From contig CAYYPK010000010.1 of the NCBI GenBank assembly GCA_964473525.1, positions 97,657-161,656 of the forward strand: a stretch of DNA of 64,000 bases, read 5' to 3'. The translations under genes were made by a program, and so were the position numbers. Positions 10,470 to 20,068 of this stretch are shown piece by piece. Within the stretch, counting starts at the first letter, position 1. Every line of letters starts with the position of its first letter. The notes beneath the pieces were generated by a model, which worked only from the letters and a program-made list of their open reading frames with translations, ran no database searches and was not told the DNA's origin. Source of the DNA: an uncultured bacterium. GTDB taxonomy: Bacteria > Poribacteria > WGA-4E > GCA-2687025.

Positions 10470-11654
10470 ATGGTCGAAACGGTCATACAGCTCGGAGTGG
10501 CGCTGGCCAAGGCGCTGTTCATCATCCTTCTTATCCTCGTGGCGGTGCCCATACTGGTGCTGGCCGAACGTCGTGTCAGCGCGTGGATGCAGGACCGCCA
10601 GGGGCCAAACCGCGTCGGGCCGGGCGGGCTGCTACAGCCGATCGCCGATGGGATCAAGTTCCTGACCAAGGAAGTGCTGATCCCCGCGCACGTGGATCGG
10701 AAGCTCTATCTCGCCGCTCCGATTCTGCTGCTCGTGCCGTCGCTGATGACGGGGGCGATCATACCGTGGTCCAAGCCGATCCCCGCCGACAGCTTCGTGG
10801 GCGGTCTGTTGAGGGCGGATCGGTGGGCGCCGGACGGCATCCCGTTCCAGGTAGCCAATATCAACGTCGGCATCCTGTATTTCTTCGCGATGGCGTCGCT
10901 GGCGGTGTACGGAATCATCCTCGCAGGCTGGGCATCCAACAACAAGTACACGCTCTTGGGCGGCCTGCGAGCGTCGGCGCAGGTCATCAGCTACGAGCTC
11001 TCGTTTGGCCTCGCCATACTGTCCGTCCTTCTCATCGTCGGAACGCTCCAGGTCAACGACATCGTCGAGGCGCAGAGCGGCGGCATGTGGCTGGTGTTCG
11101 CACAGCCGGTGACGTGGTTCATCTTCACGGTGGCGGCGCTGGCGGAAACCAACCGCGCGCCGTTCGACCTGGCGGAGTGCGAACAGGAACTCGTCGGGGG
11201 TTACCACACCGAATACAGCGGGATGACCTTCGCGACGTTCTTCCTCGCTGAATACGGCAACATGACCATGAGCGCGGCGCTCAACGTCTGCCTCTTCTGG
11301 GGTGGCTATACGCTCTTCGGCGTCGAGCAGCTCCTGCCCTGGTTCGTCACCTTTGGGGTGTTTCTCGCCAAGGTAGCGGTGTTCCTCTTCGCGTTCATCT
11401 GGATTCGCTGGACATTCCCCCGGTTCCGCTACGATCAGTTGATGCGGCTGGGATGGAAGATGCTGCTACCGCTTTCGCTTGGGAACGTCGTGCTGACGGC
11501 GTTGGCTCTGGCGACGGTCGAGATGTGGGGCGCCCCGCTGTGGCCGTCTCTCATCGTGGGGCAGTTCGTGTTGGTTGGCGGCATCGCGTTGGTGTCCGTG
11601 GTCCGGTCCAAAGCTGGCGCGGCGAGCTCTGCCGCCTCGCACGCCGGGGCGTAG
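10470..11654 (+). CDS. nuoH: NADH-quinone oxidoreductase subunit H, with C-terminal extension
   Basis: [26 protein letters not shown] and EYSGM..FA.FFLAEY motifs. About 50 extra C-terminal residues. Confidence 0.9.
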   Translation: MVETVIQLGVALAKALFIILLILVAVPILVLAERRVSAWMQDRQGPNRVGPGGLLQPIADGIKFLTKEVLIPAHVDRKLYLAAPILLLVPSLMTGAIIPWSKPIPADSFVGGLLRADRWAPDGIPFQVANINVGILYFFAMASLAVYGIILAGWASNNKYTLLGGLRASAQVISYELSFGLAILSVLLIVGTLQVNDIVEAQSGGMWLVFAQPVTWFIFTVAALAETNRAPFDLAECEQELVGGYHTEYSGMTFATFFLAEYGNMTMSAALNVCLFWGGYTLFGVEQLLPWFVTFGVFLAKVAVFLFAFIWIRWTFPRFRYDQLMRLGWKMLLPLSLGNVVLTALALATVEMWGAPLWPSLIVGQFVLVGGIALVSVVRSKAGAASSAASHAGA

Positions 11655-11684
11655 GCCGGGCAGGCCGCAAGGCGAAGGAATCGT

Positions 11685-12218
11685 ATGGAGACGCTCCTCT
11701 ATCTCGTATTCGGACTGACTGCCCTGATCGGCGCGGTGCTGGTAATTGTGAACCGGAACCCGGTCTACAGCGCGCTGTCCCTCGTGTTGACGATGTTCGC
11801 CGTGTCGGCGCTCTACGTGCTGCAGCAGGCCTACTTCGTCGCGGCCGTGCAGTTGGTCGTGTACGCGGGCGCCATCGTCGTGCTGTTCCTCTTCGTCATC
11901 ATGCTTCTGAATCTCGGCGAGAGCGACAACCTTCCGGTGGCTTCCGGCGCGCGACGGTTCCTGGGCGCGATCCTGGGTGTGACGTTCGCGGGCATCGTCG
12001 GCGCGGTCGTGTGGGAGTACGCGTCCACCGCGCGCATCGCCGCTGGCCCCGCCTCCGACGTGGACCACACCAAGCAGCTGGCGCGCGTTCTCTTCCAGAA
12101 CTACCTGCTGCCGTTCGAGGTGGTGTCACTCGTCCTGCTTGCGGCGCTGGTTGGCATCATCGTGCTGATTCGCACGGGCGGCAGCGGCGGCGACGCGTCG
12201 GAGGCCGATCATGTCTAG
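11685..12218 (+). CDS. nuoJ: NADH-quinone oxidoreductase subunit J
   Basis: [51 protein letters not shown] is typical of NuoJ. It follows nuoH after 30 bp with no nuoI in between. Confidence 0.85.
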   Translation: METLLYLVFGLTALIGAVLVIVNRNPVYSALSLVLTMFAVSALYVLQQAYFVAAVQLVVYAGAIVVLFLFVIMLLNLGESDNLPVASGARRFLGAILGVTFAGIVGAVVWEYASTARIAAGPASDVDHTKQLARVLFQNYLLPFEVVSLVLLAALVGIIVLIRTGGSGGDASEADHV

Positions 12219-12513
12219 CTTTGCGCTCTGCCTGGCTGTTAGCGCGGCGTTGTTCACGCTCGGCGTCGTGGGTGTGATGGTTAAGCGCAACGCCATCGTG
12301 GTATTCATGTGCATCGAGCTGATGCTGAACGCGGCGAACCTCGCGTTCGTGACGTTCTCGCGACAGCATGGCGGCATGGACGGTCAGATATTCGTCTTCT
12401 TCGTGATGGCAATCGCGGCAGCCGAGGTGGCGATCGGGCTGGCAATCATCGTCACGGTGTTCAAGAACCGGGCAAGCATCAACGTCGACGACGTTACGAT
12501 GCTGCGGCGGTAA
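12211..12513 (+). CDS. nuoK: NADH-quinone oxidoreductase subunit K
   Basis: 100-aa three-helix protein with the [12 protein letters not shown] motif. Overlaps the nuoJ stop. Confidence 0.9.
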   Translation: MSSFALCLAVSAALFTLGVVGVMVKRNAIVVFMCIELMLNAANLAFVTFSRQHGGMDGQIFVFFVMAIAAAEVAIGLAIIVTVFKNRASINVDDVTMLRR

Positions 12514-12523
12514 GGAACTCTTC

Positions 12524-14425
12524 ATGCTTGCTCCGACGGCTCTACTGTTCCTGCCCCTGCTCGTGGGCTTCCTCATCAACGGGCTGTTCGGGGCCAAGCT
12601 GCCACGAGGGCTCTCGGCCACGATAGGATGCCTCGCGATGGGCGCGTCCTTCGTGGGCGCCCTGATCGCCGTGCCGTTCGTGCGCGCGGGAGACGTCGCG
12701 GACCAGGTGCTGTGGACGTGGATGTCGGCGGGCTCATTCTCGGTCGATGTCGCGCTCAAGTTCGACGCGCTCTCGTGTGTCATGGCGCTCATCGTGACGG
12801 GCGTCAGCTTCCTGATCCACATCTACTCCGCCGGGTACATGAGCCACGAGAACCAGCGTGGCTTCTCGCGCTTCTACACGTATCTGAACCTGTTCGTGTT
12901 CTCGATGCTTATCCTCGTGATGGGGAACAACTTCGCTCTGATGTTCGTGGGCTGGGAGGGCGTTGGCCTCTGCTCGTATCTGCTCATCGGGTTCTGGTAC
13001 GAGCGCGAGCGCAAGGAAGGCGACACGACCTACCCCTCGCAGGCGGCGAAGAAGGCGTTCGTCGTTAACCGCATCGGTGACTTCGGCTTCCTTATCGCGA
13101 TCTTCCTCATGTTCACGACGTTCGGCACGCTACAGTTCGACGCTGTCTTCACGAACGCGCAGGCTGCCGTGGGTGGCGCCGCGCTCATGTGGGGCAAGCC
13201 GGTGCTGTGGTGGATCGCGGCGCTGCTGTTCATCGGCGCGATGGGCAAATCGGCGCAGATCCCGCTGTACGTCTGGCTGCCTGACGCGATGCAAGGACCG
13301 ACTCCGGTCAGCGCGCTGATTCACGCCGCGACGATGGTCACTGCGGGTGTGTACATGGTCGCGCGCTCGAACGTGCTCTACACGCTGTCGGGCGTCGGCG
13401 TGGACATCGTTGCTCCGATTGGCATCATCACGGCGGCCTTCGCGGCGACGATGGCGCTCACCTCCTACGACTTCAAGGGCGTGCTGGCGTATTCGACAGT
13501 GAGTCAGCTCGGGTACATGTTCGTCGGCGTTGGATTAGGCGCGTACGGCGCGGGTGTGGCGCACCTCATGACGCACGCGTTCTTCAAGGGTCTGCTGTTC
13601 CTCACCGCTGGGAGCGTCCTGCACGCGATGCACGACGTGGGTGACATCCGGCGGATGGGCGGCCTGTCCCGCAAGATGCCAATCACGTTCATCACGTTCG
13701 CCATTGCGGGTCTCGCCATCTCGGGCTTCCCGTTCCTGAGCGGGTTCTTCAGCAAGGACGCGATTCTGCTGGCGGCGTACCAGCAGAGCCCAACCATCTT
13801 CTGGGTCGGAGCCGCGACAGCCGGCCTGACGGCGTTCTACACCTTCCGTCTCCTCGCGATTGCGTTCCTCGGAGAGCCGCGGGATCAAGCGCTGCATGAC
13901 GCCGCGCACGAGTCTCCGGCCGTTATGACGCTTCCTCTCATCGTGCTGGCCGTCCTGTCGGCGGGAGCGGGCGCGCTGCTGGGCATGCACGAGGACGGCT
14001 TGTTCTACCGCTTCGTGGGCGACGTGCTGCACGCGGAACACCACGGTCCCGCGACGATGACTCCGATGTACATCTCGGTGGCCGTCGGCCTGGTGGGCAT
14101 GGTCGCTGGGCTGCTGATGTACAAGGGCAAGTCCGCGGACGCCCTGAACAGCGCGAACCCCGTGCTGGCGCTGCCACGAGCGAAGTGGTACGTCGACGAG
14201 CTTTACGACGCGGCCATCGTGCGGCCGCTGGAGATGGTGTCTCGGACGGTTCTGTGGCGCCTCGTGGACAAGTGGATCATCGACGGCATCGTGAACGTGT
14301 GCGGCGCGGCGGTGTACGCGTTCGCGGGCGTCGCCCGAAACGTGCAGACCGGAGTGGTTCAGACGTACGCGGCGGTCATCCTCGTGGGCGCCATCGCGCT
14401 GCTCTTCATGAAGGCGCTCCTGTGA
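12524..14425 (+). CDS. nuoL: NADH-quinone oxidoreductase subunit L
   Basis: 633-aa antiporter-like subunit (WEGVGLCSYLLIGFW, long horizontal helix region). SD AAGGA upstream. Confidence 0.9.
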   Translation: MLAPTALLFLPLLVGFLINGLFGAKLPRGLSATIGCLAMGASFVGALIAVPFVRAGDVADQVLWTWMSAGSFSVDVALKFDALSCVMALIVTGVSFLIHIYSAGYMSHENQRGFSRFYTYLNLFVFSMLILVMGNNFALMFVGWEGVGLCSYLLIGFWYERERKEGDTTYPSQAAKKAFVVNRIGDFGFLIAIFLMFTTFGTLQFDAVFTNAQAAVGGAALMWGKPVLWWIAALLFIGAMGKSAQIPLYVWLPDAMQGPTPVSALIHAATMVTAGVYMVARSNVLYTLSGVGVDIVAPIGIITAAFAATMALTSYDFKGVLAYSTVSQLGYMFVGVGLGAYGAGVAHLMTHAFFKGLLFLTAGSVLHAMHDVGDIRRMGGLSRKMPITFITFAIAGLAISGFPFLSGFFSKDAILLAAYQQSPTIFWVGAATAGLTAFYTFRLLAIAFLGEPRDQALHDAAHESPAVMTLPLIVLAVLSAGAGALLGMHEDGLFYRFVGDVLHAEHHGPATMTPMYISVAVGLVGMVAGLLMYKGKSADALNSANPVLALPRAKWYVDELYDAAIVRPLEMVSRTVLWRLVDKWIIDGIVNVCGAAVYAFAGVARNVQTGVVQTYAAVILVGAIALLFMKALL

Positions 14426-14474
14426 TGCGGACAGCGCGCGCAACACGCAACCAATCGGCGAACGGAGCCTTGGC

Positions 14475-16130
14475 GTGAACCTGTCGTTGGTCGTATTTCT
14501 GCCAGTAGCCGGCGCGGTCGTGTTGGCGCTAGCTGGCCTGTTCAGTCAGGGCGTGTCCGACCGCGCGATGCGCGATAACGGTTTGAAGGCCGGAGCCCTC
14601 ATCGTATCGCTGGTGACGTTCGTCCTGTCACTGGCATACCTGGGCGCGAACGCCGACCCGGTGTACAGGGCGTGGATTCCGTCGATAGGGTCGGTGTTCC
14701 ACCTGAAGATGGACGGGATATCGGTCTGGCTGTTCATACTGACTACGTTCCTGACGCCGATCTGCGTACTCGCCTCATGGCGGAACATCAAGTCCCGCCC
14801 GTCGGCCGGGTCCTCGGCTTACGGGGACGCGCCCGAAGCATCTGGCGAACGCGGCGTGGCAGGATTCCTCGTCGCCATCCTGACGCTCGAAACCGCGATG
14901 CTCGGCACGTTCGTCGCCTACGACCTCATCCTCTTCTTCGTGTTCTGGGAGATGATGCTCATCCCGATGTACCTGCTCATCGGGATCTGGGGCAGCCCTG
15001 GAACGCGCTCGACATTCCTGTTCGGCCGCGTCTCGGAACGGGTGTACGCCACGCTGAAGTTCGTGCTTTACACGATGGCCGGCAGCGCGCTCATGCTGGT
15101 CGCGATCCTGTATCTGCGGAGAGAGCTCGGCTCGTTTGATCTGTCGATCGTCACGGCGCGCGCCGCTGACGATCTCCCTAGACGCACACAGATCTGGCTG
15201 TTCTGGGCGTTCTTCATCGCGTTCGCCATCAAGGTTCCGGTGTTCCCGTTCCACACATGGCTTCCCGACGCCCACACGCAGGCGCCGACCGCCGGATCCA
15301 TCATCCTCGCGGGCGTCATGCTGAAAATGGGAACGTACGGCATCCTCCGATTCTGCCTGCCGCTGTTTCCCGAGGCGGCCCTCTTCTACGCTCCGTTCAT
15401 CTCTGTTCTGGCGGTCATCGGCATCATCTACGGCGCGCTGGTGGCCATGGTGCAACCGGACATGAAGCGCCTCGTCGCGTATTCCAGCGTCAGCCACCTG
15501 GGCTTCATCGTGCTCGGCCTGTTCTCGGGCACGAACGCGGGCGTGCAGGGCGCGGTGATACAGATGGTCAGCCACGGCATCAGCACGGGCGCGCTTTTCA
15601 TGCTCGTGGGTATGCTGTACGATCGCCGGCACACGCGCCAGATATCGGAGTTCGGCGGCATCGCCAAGCGCATGCCCGCTTACGCTGCGGTGTTCCTCAT
15701 CATCACCTTCTCGTCGATCGGGCTGCCTGGCACGAACGGATTCGTCGGCGAGTTCCTGATCCTCGTTGGCACGTTCAGCACCGAGGGTCGTGCTATATAC
15801 GCCGTTTTCGCCGCCTCTGGAGTCATCCTCGCAGCCGTGTATATGCTGTGGATGGTCCAACGCGTGTTCTTCGGGCCGATCAAGCACGCCGAGAACGAGA
15901 AGTTGCGGGATCTGTCGGTGAGAGAACTGGTCGTTGCCGCGCCCCTCGTGTTGGCGGTATTCTTCGTCGGCGTGTTCCCGAAGTACTTCCTCGACCGGAT
16001 GGACGCTGACCACGCGATCTCCGACCTGCACAAGGCAGGCTCCGCAAAGGAGATCGTCACGGTATCGCCTGGATCGCACGGCGACGCCAGTGGCGCGGCA
16101 GACGCCCACTCCCCGGCCGGAGGCCATTGA
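14475..16130 (+). CDS. nuoM: NADH-quinone oxidoreductase subunit M, with C-terminal hydrophilic extension
   Basis: GTG start. Antiporter-like fold (FFVFWEMMLIPMYLLIG, HTWLPDAH). About 40-residue soluble tail. Confidence 0.9.
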   Translation: MNLSLVVFLPVAGAVVLALAGLFSQGVSDRAMRDNGLKAGALIVSLVTFVLSLAYLGANADPVYRAWIPSIGSVFHLKMDGISVWLFILTTFLTPICVLASWRNIKSRPSAGSSAYGDAPEASGERGVAGFLVAILTLETAMLGTFVAYDLILFFVFWEMMLIPMYLLIGIWGSPGTRSTFLFGRVSERVYATLKFVLYTMAGSALMLVAILYLRRELGSFDLSIVTARAADDLPRRTQIWLFWAFFIAFAIKVPVFPFHTWLPDAHTQAPTAGSIILAGVMLKMGTYGILRFCLPLFPEAALFYAPFISVLAVIGIIYGALVAMVQPDMKRLVAYSSVSHLGFIVLGLFSGTNAGVQGAVIQMVSHGISTGALFMLVGMLYDRRHTRQISEFGGIAKRMPAYAAVFLIITFSSIGLPGTNGFVGEFLILVGTFSTEGRAIYAVFAASGVILAAVYMLWMVQRVFFGPIKHAENEKLRDLSVRELVVAAPLVLAVFFVGVFPKYFLDRMDADHAISDLHKAGSAKEIVTVSPGSHGDASGAADAHSPAGGH

Positions 16131-17779
16131 TGCCTGTGTCCCGTTCTCGCTTCGTATGCGCCATCGCGATCCTGCTTGCCCTGTCTTCTCTGCTCGCACT
16201 GCCGATGTCGGCGGCGGAGGACGAACACGCGACGGACGCAGCGACGCACGAGACGGACGCCGGGCACGGCGAGGACGACGGGCACGGAGACGGCCACTCC
16301 GGGCCGGGCATCGGCGAGGAACTGTCTCTGCTGTGGGTGATCCCGTTCGCGGGCATCCTGCTCTCCATCGCGCTAGGCCCCATCATCAACCACCATTGGT
16401 GGGAGCATAACTACCCGAAGGCGTCTGCTCTGTGGGCGCTCGCGTTCGCCGTGCCGTTCTGCATCCATTTTGGGATGAAGGGCGAGCTCGGGACGGCGGT
16501 CTACGAAATCCTCCACATCTACTTCGTAGACTACATACCGTTCATCATCCTGCTGAGCGGGCTGTTCATCGCGTCAGGCGGCATTGTGCTCCGCGGGACA
16601 GTGGTCGGGACACCCCTCGTGAACGTGGGCTTCATCGCCGTCGGATCCTTCCTCGCGTCGATCATCGGAACGACGGGCGCTTCCATGCTGCTGATTCACC
16701 CCATCCTGAGGGCGAACCGGCACCGCGAGAAGCGGATGCACATCGTCATCATCTTCATCTTCCTCGTCAGCAACATCGGGGGCTCCCTGACGCCGCTGGG
16801 AGATCCGCCGCTGTTCCTGGGCTTCCTACACGGGGTGCCGTTCCAGTGGACGTTCAGCCTGCTGCCAGAGATGCTGTTCGTTATCGCGCTCGTGCTGATC
16901 ATCTTCTTCATCATGGACACGCGGTACCTCAAGCGTGAGACCAACGCGGCGCCCGCCGACACCGGGGAACGCCAGCCGATGGGTCTCGCTGGCGGGCACA
17001 ACCTGCTGTTCCTGTTCGGGATCATGGGTGGCGTGCTGCTGAGCGGGATCTGGAAGCCGGGCGAGGTGACTATACTCGGAGTGCACGTGAGCATCTCCGG
17101 GATCGCGCGCGACATCATCATCCTCGTGATGGCTGGCCTGGCTTACAAGACGACGAAGCCGGAGCTGCGCGAGGCGAACGAGTTCGACTGGGAGCCGATC
17201 CGCGAGGTTGGTATCCTCTTCGCGGGTATCTTCATGACGATCATCCCCGCGCTGGCCATTTTGAAGGCTGGTGAGAAGGGGGCGCTGGCGTCGGTGGTGG
17301 CCGCTGCGGACTCCGAGGCGGCGTACATGTGGTTGACCGGCATCCTATCGAGCTTCCTCGACAACGCGCCGACGTACCTGACGTTCTTCAACACGGCGCT
17401 TGGTCAGCTGCATCTCAGCGAGGCTGTCGTCAGCGACTACCTGCGGCAGGCTCCGCTCCCGTGGCTGCACACGGCGACGCCTGACCCAGCTGTTGTGGCC
17501 GAGCTGGCGAGAACGCACCCAGAGGTCGCTAGCCTGACGGCTGAGCAGCTGTCGGAGAACCTAGCTCTCTTCGTGACGTACCTGAAATCGATCTCAATCG
17601 GCGCGGTGTTCATGGGAGCCAACTCGTACATCGGGAACGCGCCGAACTTCATGGTGCGCTCCATCGCGATGCACGACGGCGTTAAGATGCCGTCGTTCTT
17701 CGGCTATATGGTGTGGTCGGGCGCGATACTGATACCTGTGTTCGCCGTCGTCACGCTGGTGTTCTTGGTCCTGATGTAG
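16127..17779 (+). CDS. ArsB/NhaD-superfamily ion transporter-like membrane protein (putative Na+/H+ antiporter) embedded in the nuo operon, with N-terminal His/Asp-rich region
   Basis: 550-aa polytopic membrane protein. The start ATG overlaps the nuoM stop (ATGA), with GGAGG 8 nt upstream. N-terminal signal-like segment then HATDAATHETDAGHGEDDGHGDGHSGPG. Two repeated hydrophobic halves typical of ArsB/NhaD/CitMHS transporters. Confidence 0.7.
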   Translation: MMPVSRSRFVCAIAILLALSSLLALPMSAAEDEHATDAATHETDAGHGEDDGHGDGHSGPGIGEELSLLWVIPFAGILLSIALGPIINHHWWEHNYPKASALWALAFAVPFCIHFGMKGELGTAVYEILHIYFVDYIPFIILLSGLFIASGGIVLRGTVVGTPLVNVGFIAVGSFLASIIGTTGASMLLIHPILRANRHREKRMHIVIIFIFLVSNIGGSLTPLGDPPLFLGFLHGVPFQWTFSLLPEMLFVIALVLIIFFIMDTRYLKRETNAAPADTGERQPMGLAGGHNLLFLFGIMGGVLLSGIWKPGEVTILGVHVSISGIARDIIILVMAGLAYKTTKPELREANEFDWEPIREVGILFAGIFMTIIPALAILKAGEKGALASVVAAADSEAAYMWLTGILSSFLDNAPTYLTFFNTALGQLHLSEAVVSDYLRQAPLPWLHTATPDPAVVAELARTHPEVASLTAEQLSENLALFVTYLKSISIGAVFMGANSYIGNAPNFMVRSIAMHDGVKMPSFFGYMVWSGAILIPVFAVVTLVFLVLM

Positions 17780-17849
17780 TCCCCGTCTGGACAACGCCGC
17801 GCGGAGTCCAGCATGGCGGGCCGTGGGCGGCCCGAGAGGCAGATATCCT

Positions 17850-19343
17850 ATGAACGGCGTCGTTGATTTCCACTGGGGCGCCCTATCGGGGGGCTTCGTC
17901 CTGCTCGCCACGCTAGTGGTGTGTCTGTGCCTTGACATGGGACGCGGGCGCCAATGGCGCGTCGCGACCGGTTGGGCCGCGCTCATCGGCGTGGTCGTCG
18001 CCCTCCTGGCCCTGCTCCGTTCGACCGGTACCGTTGCGTTGGCGTTCGGCGCGCGCGTGGGCGGGTTGCACGAGCCGATCCTTAAGTTCGACGCGTATAC
18101 GCGGTCGCTCGGGGCGATCTGTCTGCTCGCCACTGCGCTGTGCATGCTCCTGTCGATGGGATACCTGGAGCGGTACCGAGCGCAACGCGGCGAGTACTAC
18201 ATCCTCATGCTTCTCTCGGCGCTGGGTATGCTGCTGATCGCTGGCGGCAACGACCTGATGGTGATCTTCATCGGCGTCGAGCTGCTGTCGCTGCCCCTCT
18301 ACATCCTGGCCGGATTCCGTAGGACCGCGGAGTCGTCCGAGTCGTCCCTGAAGTACTTCCTGCTGGGCGCGTTCTCGTCCGGGTTCTTCCTGTACGGCAT
18401 CGCGCTGATCTACGGCGCGACGGGAACGACGAATCTTACCCGCATGGCCGCGTCGCTTCCCCTGGGGTCCGGGCTGTTCCGCGTCGGCATACTGCTCGTC
18501 TTGGTCGGGTTCGCGTTCAAGGTCGCGGCCGTGCCGTTCCATCAGTGGGCGCCGGACGTCTATCAAGGCGCGCCCACGCCCGTGACTGCCTTCTTCGCCT
18601 CGGCGCCGAAGGTTGCTGGATTCGCGGGGATCCTGCGGGTGTTCCTGCTGTCGAGCAGTGGTTACCACGGCGAATGGCAGATGGTGTTCGCGGTCCTGGC
18701 GGCGCTGACGATGACCGTTGGCAACCTGCTGGCTCTTACCCAGACCAACGTGAAGCGGATGCTGGCGTATTCGAGCGTCGCGCACGCGGGTTACGTCCTC
18801 GTGGGACTTGCGGCGGGCGTTAGCGGCGTGTCCTCGGCCGTCTTCTATCTGCTGCTCTACTCACTCATGAGCATCGGCGCGTTCGGCGCTCTCATCCTGC
18901 ACGGGGATGAGAAGGACGAGCGGCTCTCCCTGAACGACTTCGCGGGCATGGGCTTCCGCAGACCCGCCTTGGGAGCGGGCGTTGCGCTGCTGCTGTTGTC
19001 GCTCGCGGGCTTCCCTCCCACCGCCGGCTTCCTCGGCAAGCTGTTCCTGTTCCGCGAGGCGTACGACGCCGGTCTGACATGGTTGGTTGTCATCGGCGTG
19101 TTGAACAGCGTGGTCTCCGCGTTCTACTATCTGGGTGTCGTCGTGAAGATGTACATGACCACGGAGCCTCGCGAGCGGGCCGCCGCGAATCCGTTACCGG
19201 CGCTGGCTCGCGGTCTCGTCGTGACCGCCCTCGTCGTGTCGCTCCTCGGCGTGTGCGCCGGTGGCATCAGTCCAGCCCGACTAATGTCGCTCGTCAAGAC
19301 GACAACGCCCACGGTGACAACGGCCTTGACACAGGGCTCCTAG
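17850..19343 (+). CDS. nuoN: NADH-quinone oxidoreductase subunit N
   Basis: Antiporter-like subunit (LSLPLYILAGF, VAHAGYVLVG). ATG at 17850 has GAGAGG 9 nt upstream. The track ORF begins at 17823. Confidence 0.88.
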   Translation: MNGVVDFHWGALSGGFVLLATLVVCLCLDMGRGRQWRVATGWAALIGVVVALLALLRSTGTVALAFGARVGGLHEPILKFDAYTRSLGAICLLATALCMLLSMGYLERYRAQRGEYYILMLLSALGMLLIAGGNDLMVIFIGVELLSLPLYILAGFRRTAESSESSLKYFLLGAFSSGFFLYGIALIYGATGTTNLTRMAASLPLGSGLFRVGILLVLVGFAFKVAAVPFHQWAPDVYQGAPTPVTAFFASAPKVAGFAGILRVFLLSSSGYHGEWQMVFAVLAALTMTVGNLLALTQTNVKRMLAYSSVAHAGYVLVGLAAGVSGVSSAVFYLLLYSLMSIGAFGALILHGDEKDERLSLNDFAGMGFRRPALGAGVALLLLSLAGFPPTAGFLGKLFLFREAYDAGLTWLVVIGVLNSVVSAFYYLGVVVKMYMTTEPRERAAANPLPALARGLVVTALVVSLLGVCAGGISPARLMSLVKTTTPTVTTALTQGS

Positions 19344-19353
19344 GCAGCTGCCT

Positions 19354-19641
19354 ATGAATCTCCGCCCGCCTTCCGGTGATGGCAAGAGCCCTTGGGGGCC
19401 GGTCGGAGAACTGACGTCACTCGCGATGACGCTGGCAATATGTGTGGTCCTCGGCCTTCTTGGGGGTCGTTGGATCGGCAGGAAGCTAGGCTCGGAGGAC
19501 GCCGGCACTCTTGCTGGGGTAGCATTCGGTGTGGCGGCCGCAGGGTACGAACTGCGGCGGGTCGTGCGTAGGCTAGAGCGCTACTCGCGCCCGACCCAAC
19601 CGAGCGACCGACGGGACGAAGGCGAGGCCGATGATGGCTGA
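19354..19641 (+). CDS. AtpZ-like small membrane protein (ATP synthase gene-1 family)
   Basis: Two-helix hairpin with the G-rich pattern LGLLGGRWIGRKLGSEDAGTLAGVAFGVAAAG, resembling AtpZ/PF09527. It sits immediately upstream of atpI/atpB. Confidence 0.5.
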   Translation: MNLRPPSGDGKSPWGPVGELTSLAMTLAICVVLGLLGGRWIGRKLGSEDAGTLAGVAFGVAAAGYELRRVVRRLERYSRPTQPSDRRDEGEADDG

Positions 19642-20068
19642 GCGGCGCCCGGCGATTCCGGCATACGCTCGGCAGCGGTTCATCGTCGAGGTGTACCGCA
19701 CGGCGCTCGGACTGGGGGCAGCAACGGCCCTGGTAGCAGCCCTCGTGAGTCGCCCCGCCGGGGTGTCCGTGGCTGCTGGCGCCGCGGTCGCGGTAGTGTC
19801 GTTTTGGGCGTTAGAGCGCACCCTAGCCGTCGCCTACGGCAGGTCATCGGGGACCATAGGCTGGCGAGCCGTTGGTCTCGCGGTTGGCAAGTACGCGCTC
19901 ATTGGTATCGCGCTCCTGGCCGCGAGTCGAATCGAAGCGGTCAGCATGGCGCTCTTGGCACTCGGGCTCGCCGTGGTCTACGCCGCAGTGGTTGTGGCGG
20001 CCACGCGAGACATGATCCGCAGACGCGCGGCCGACAGAGCGGCCGCAGGTACGAAGGATGTGGTTTAG
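19631..20068 (+). CDS. atpI: ATP synthase protein I-like hydrophobic protein
   Basis: 145-aa, four predicted TM segments, located between the atpZ-like gene and atpB. Call rests on position and hydropathy only. Confidence 0.45.
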   Translation: MMAERRPAIPAYARQRFIVEVYRTALGLGAATALVAALVSRPAGVSVAAGAAVAVVSFWALERTLAVAYGRSSGTIGWRAVGLAVGKYALIGIALLAASRIEAVSMALLALGLAVVYAAVVVAATRDMIRRRAADRAAAGTKDVV

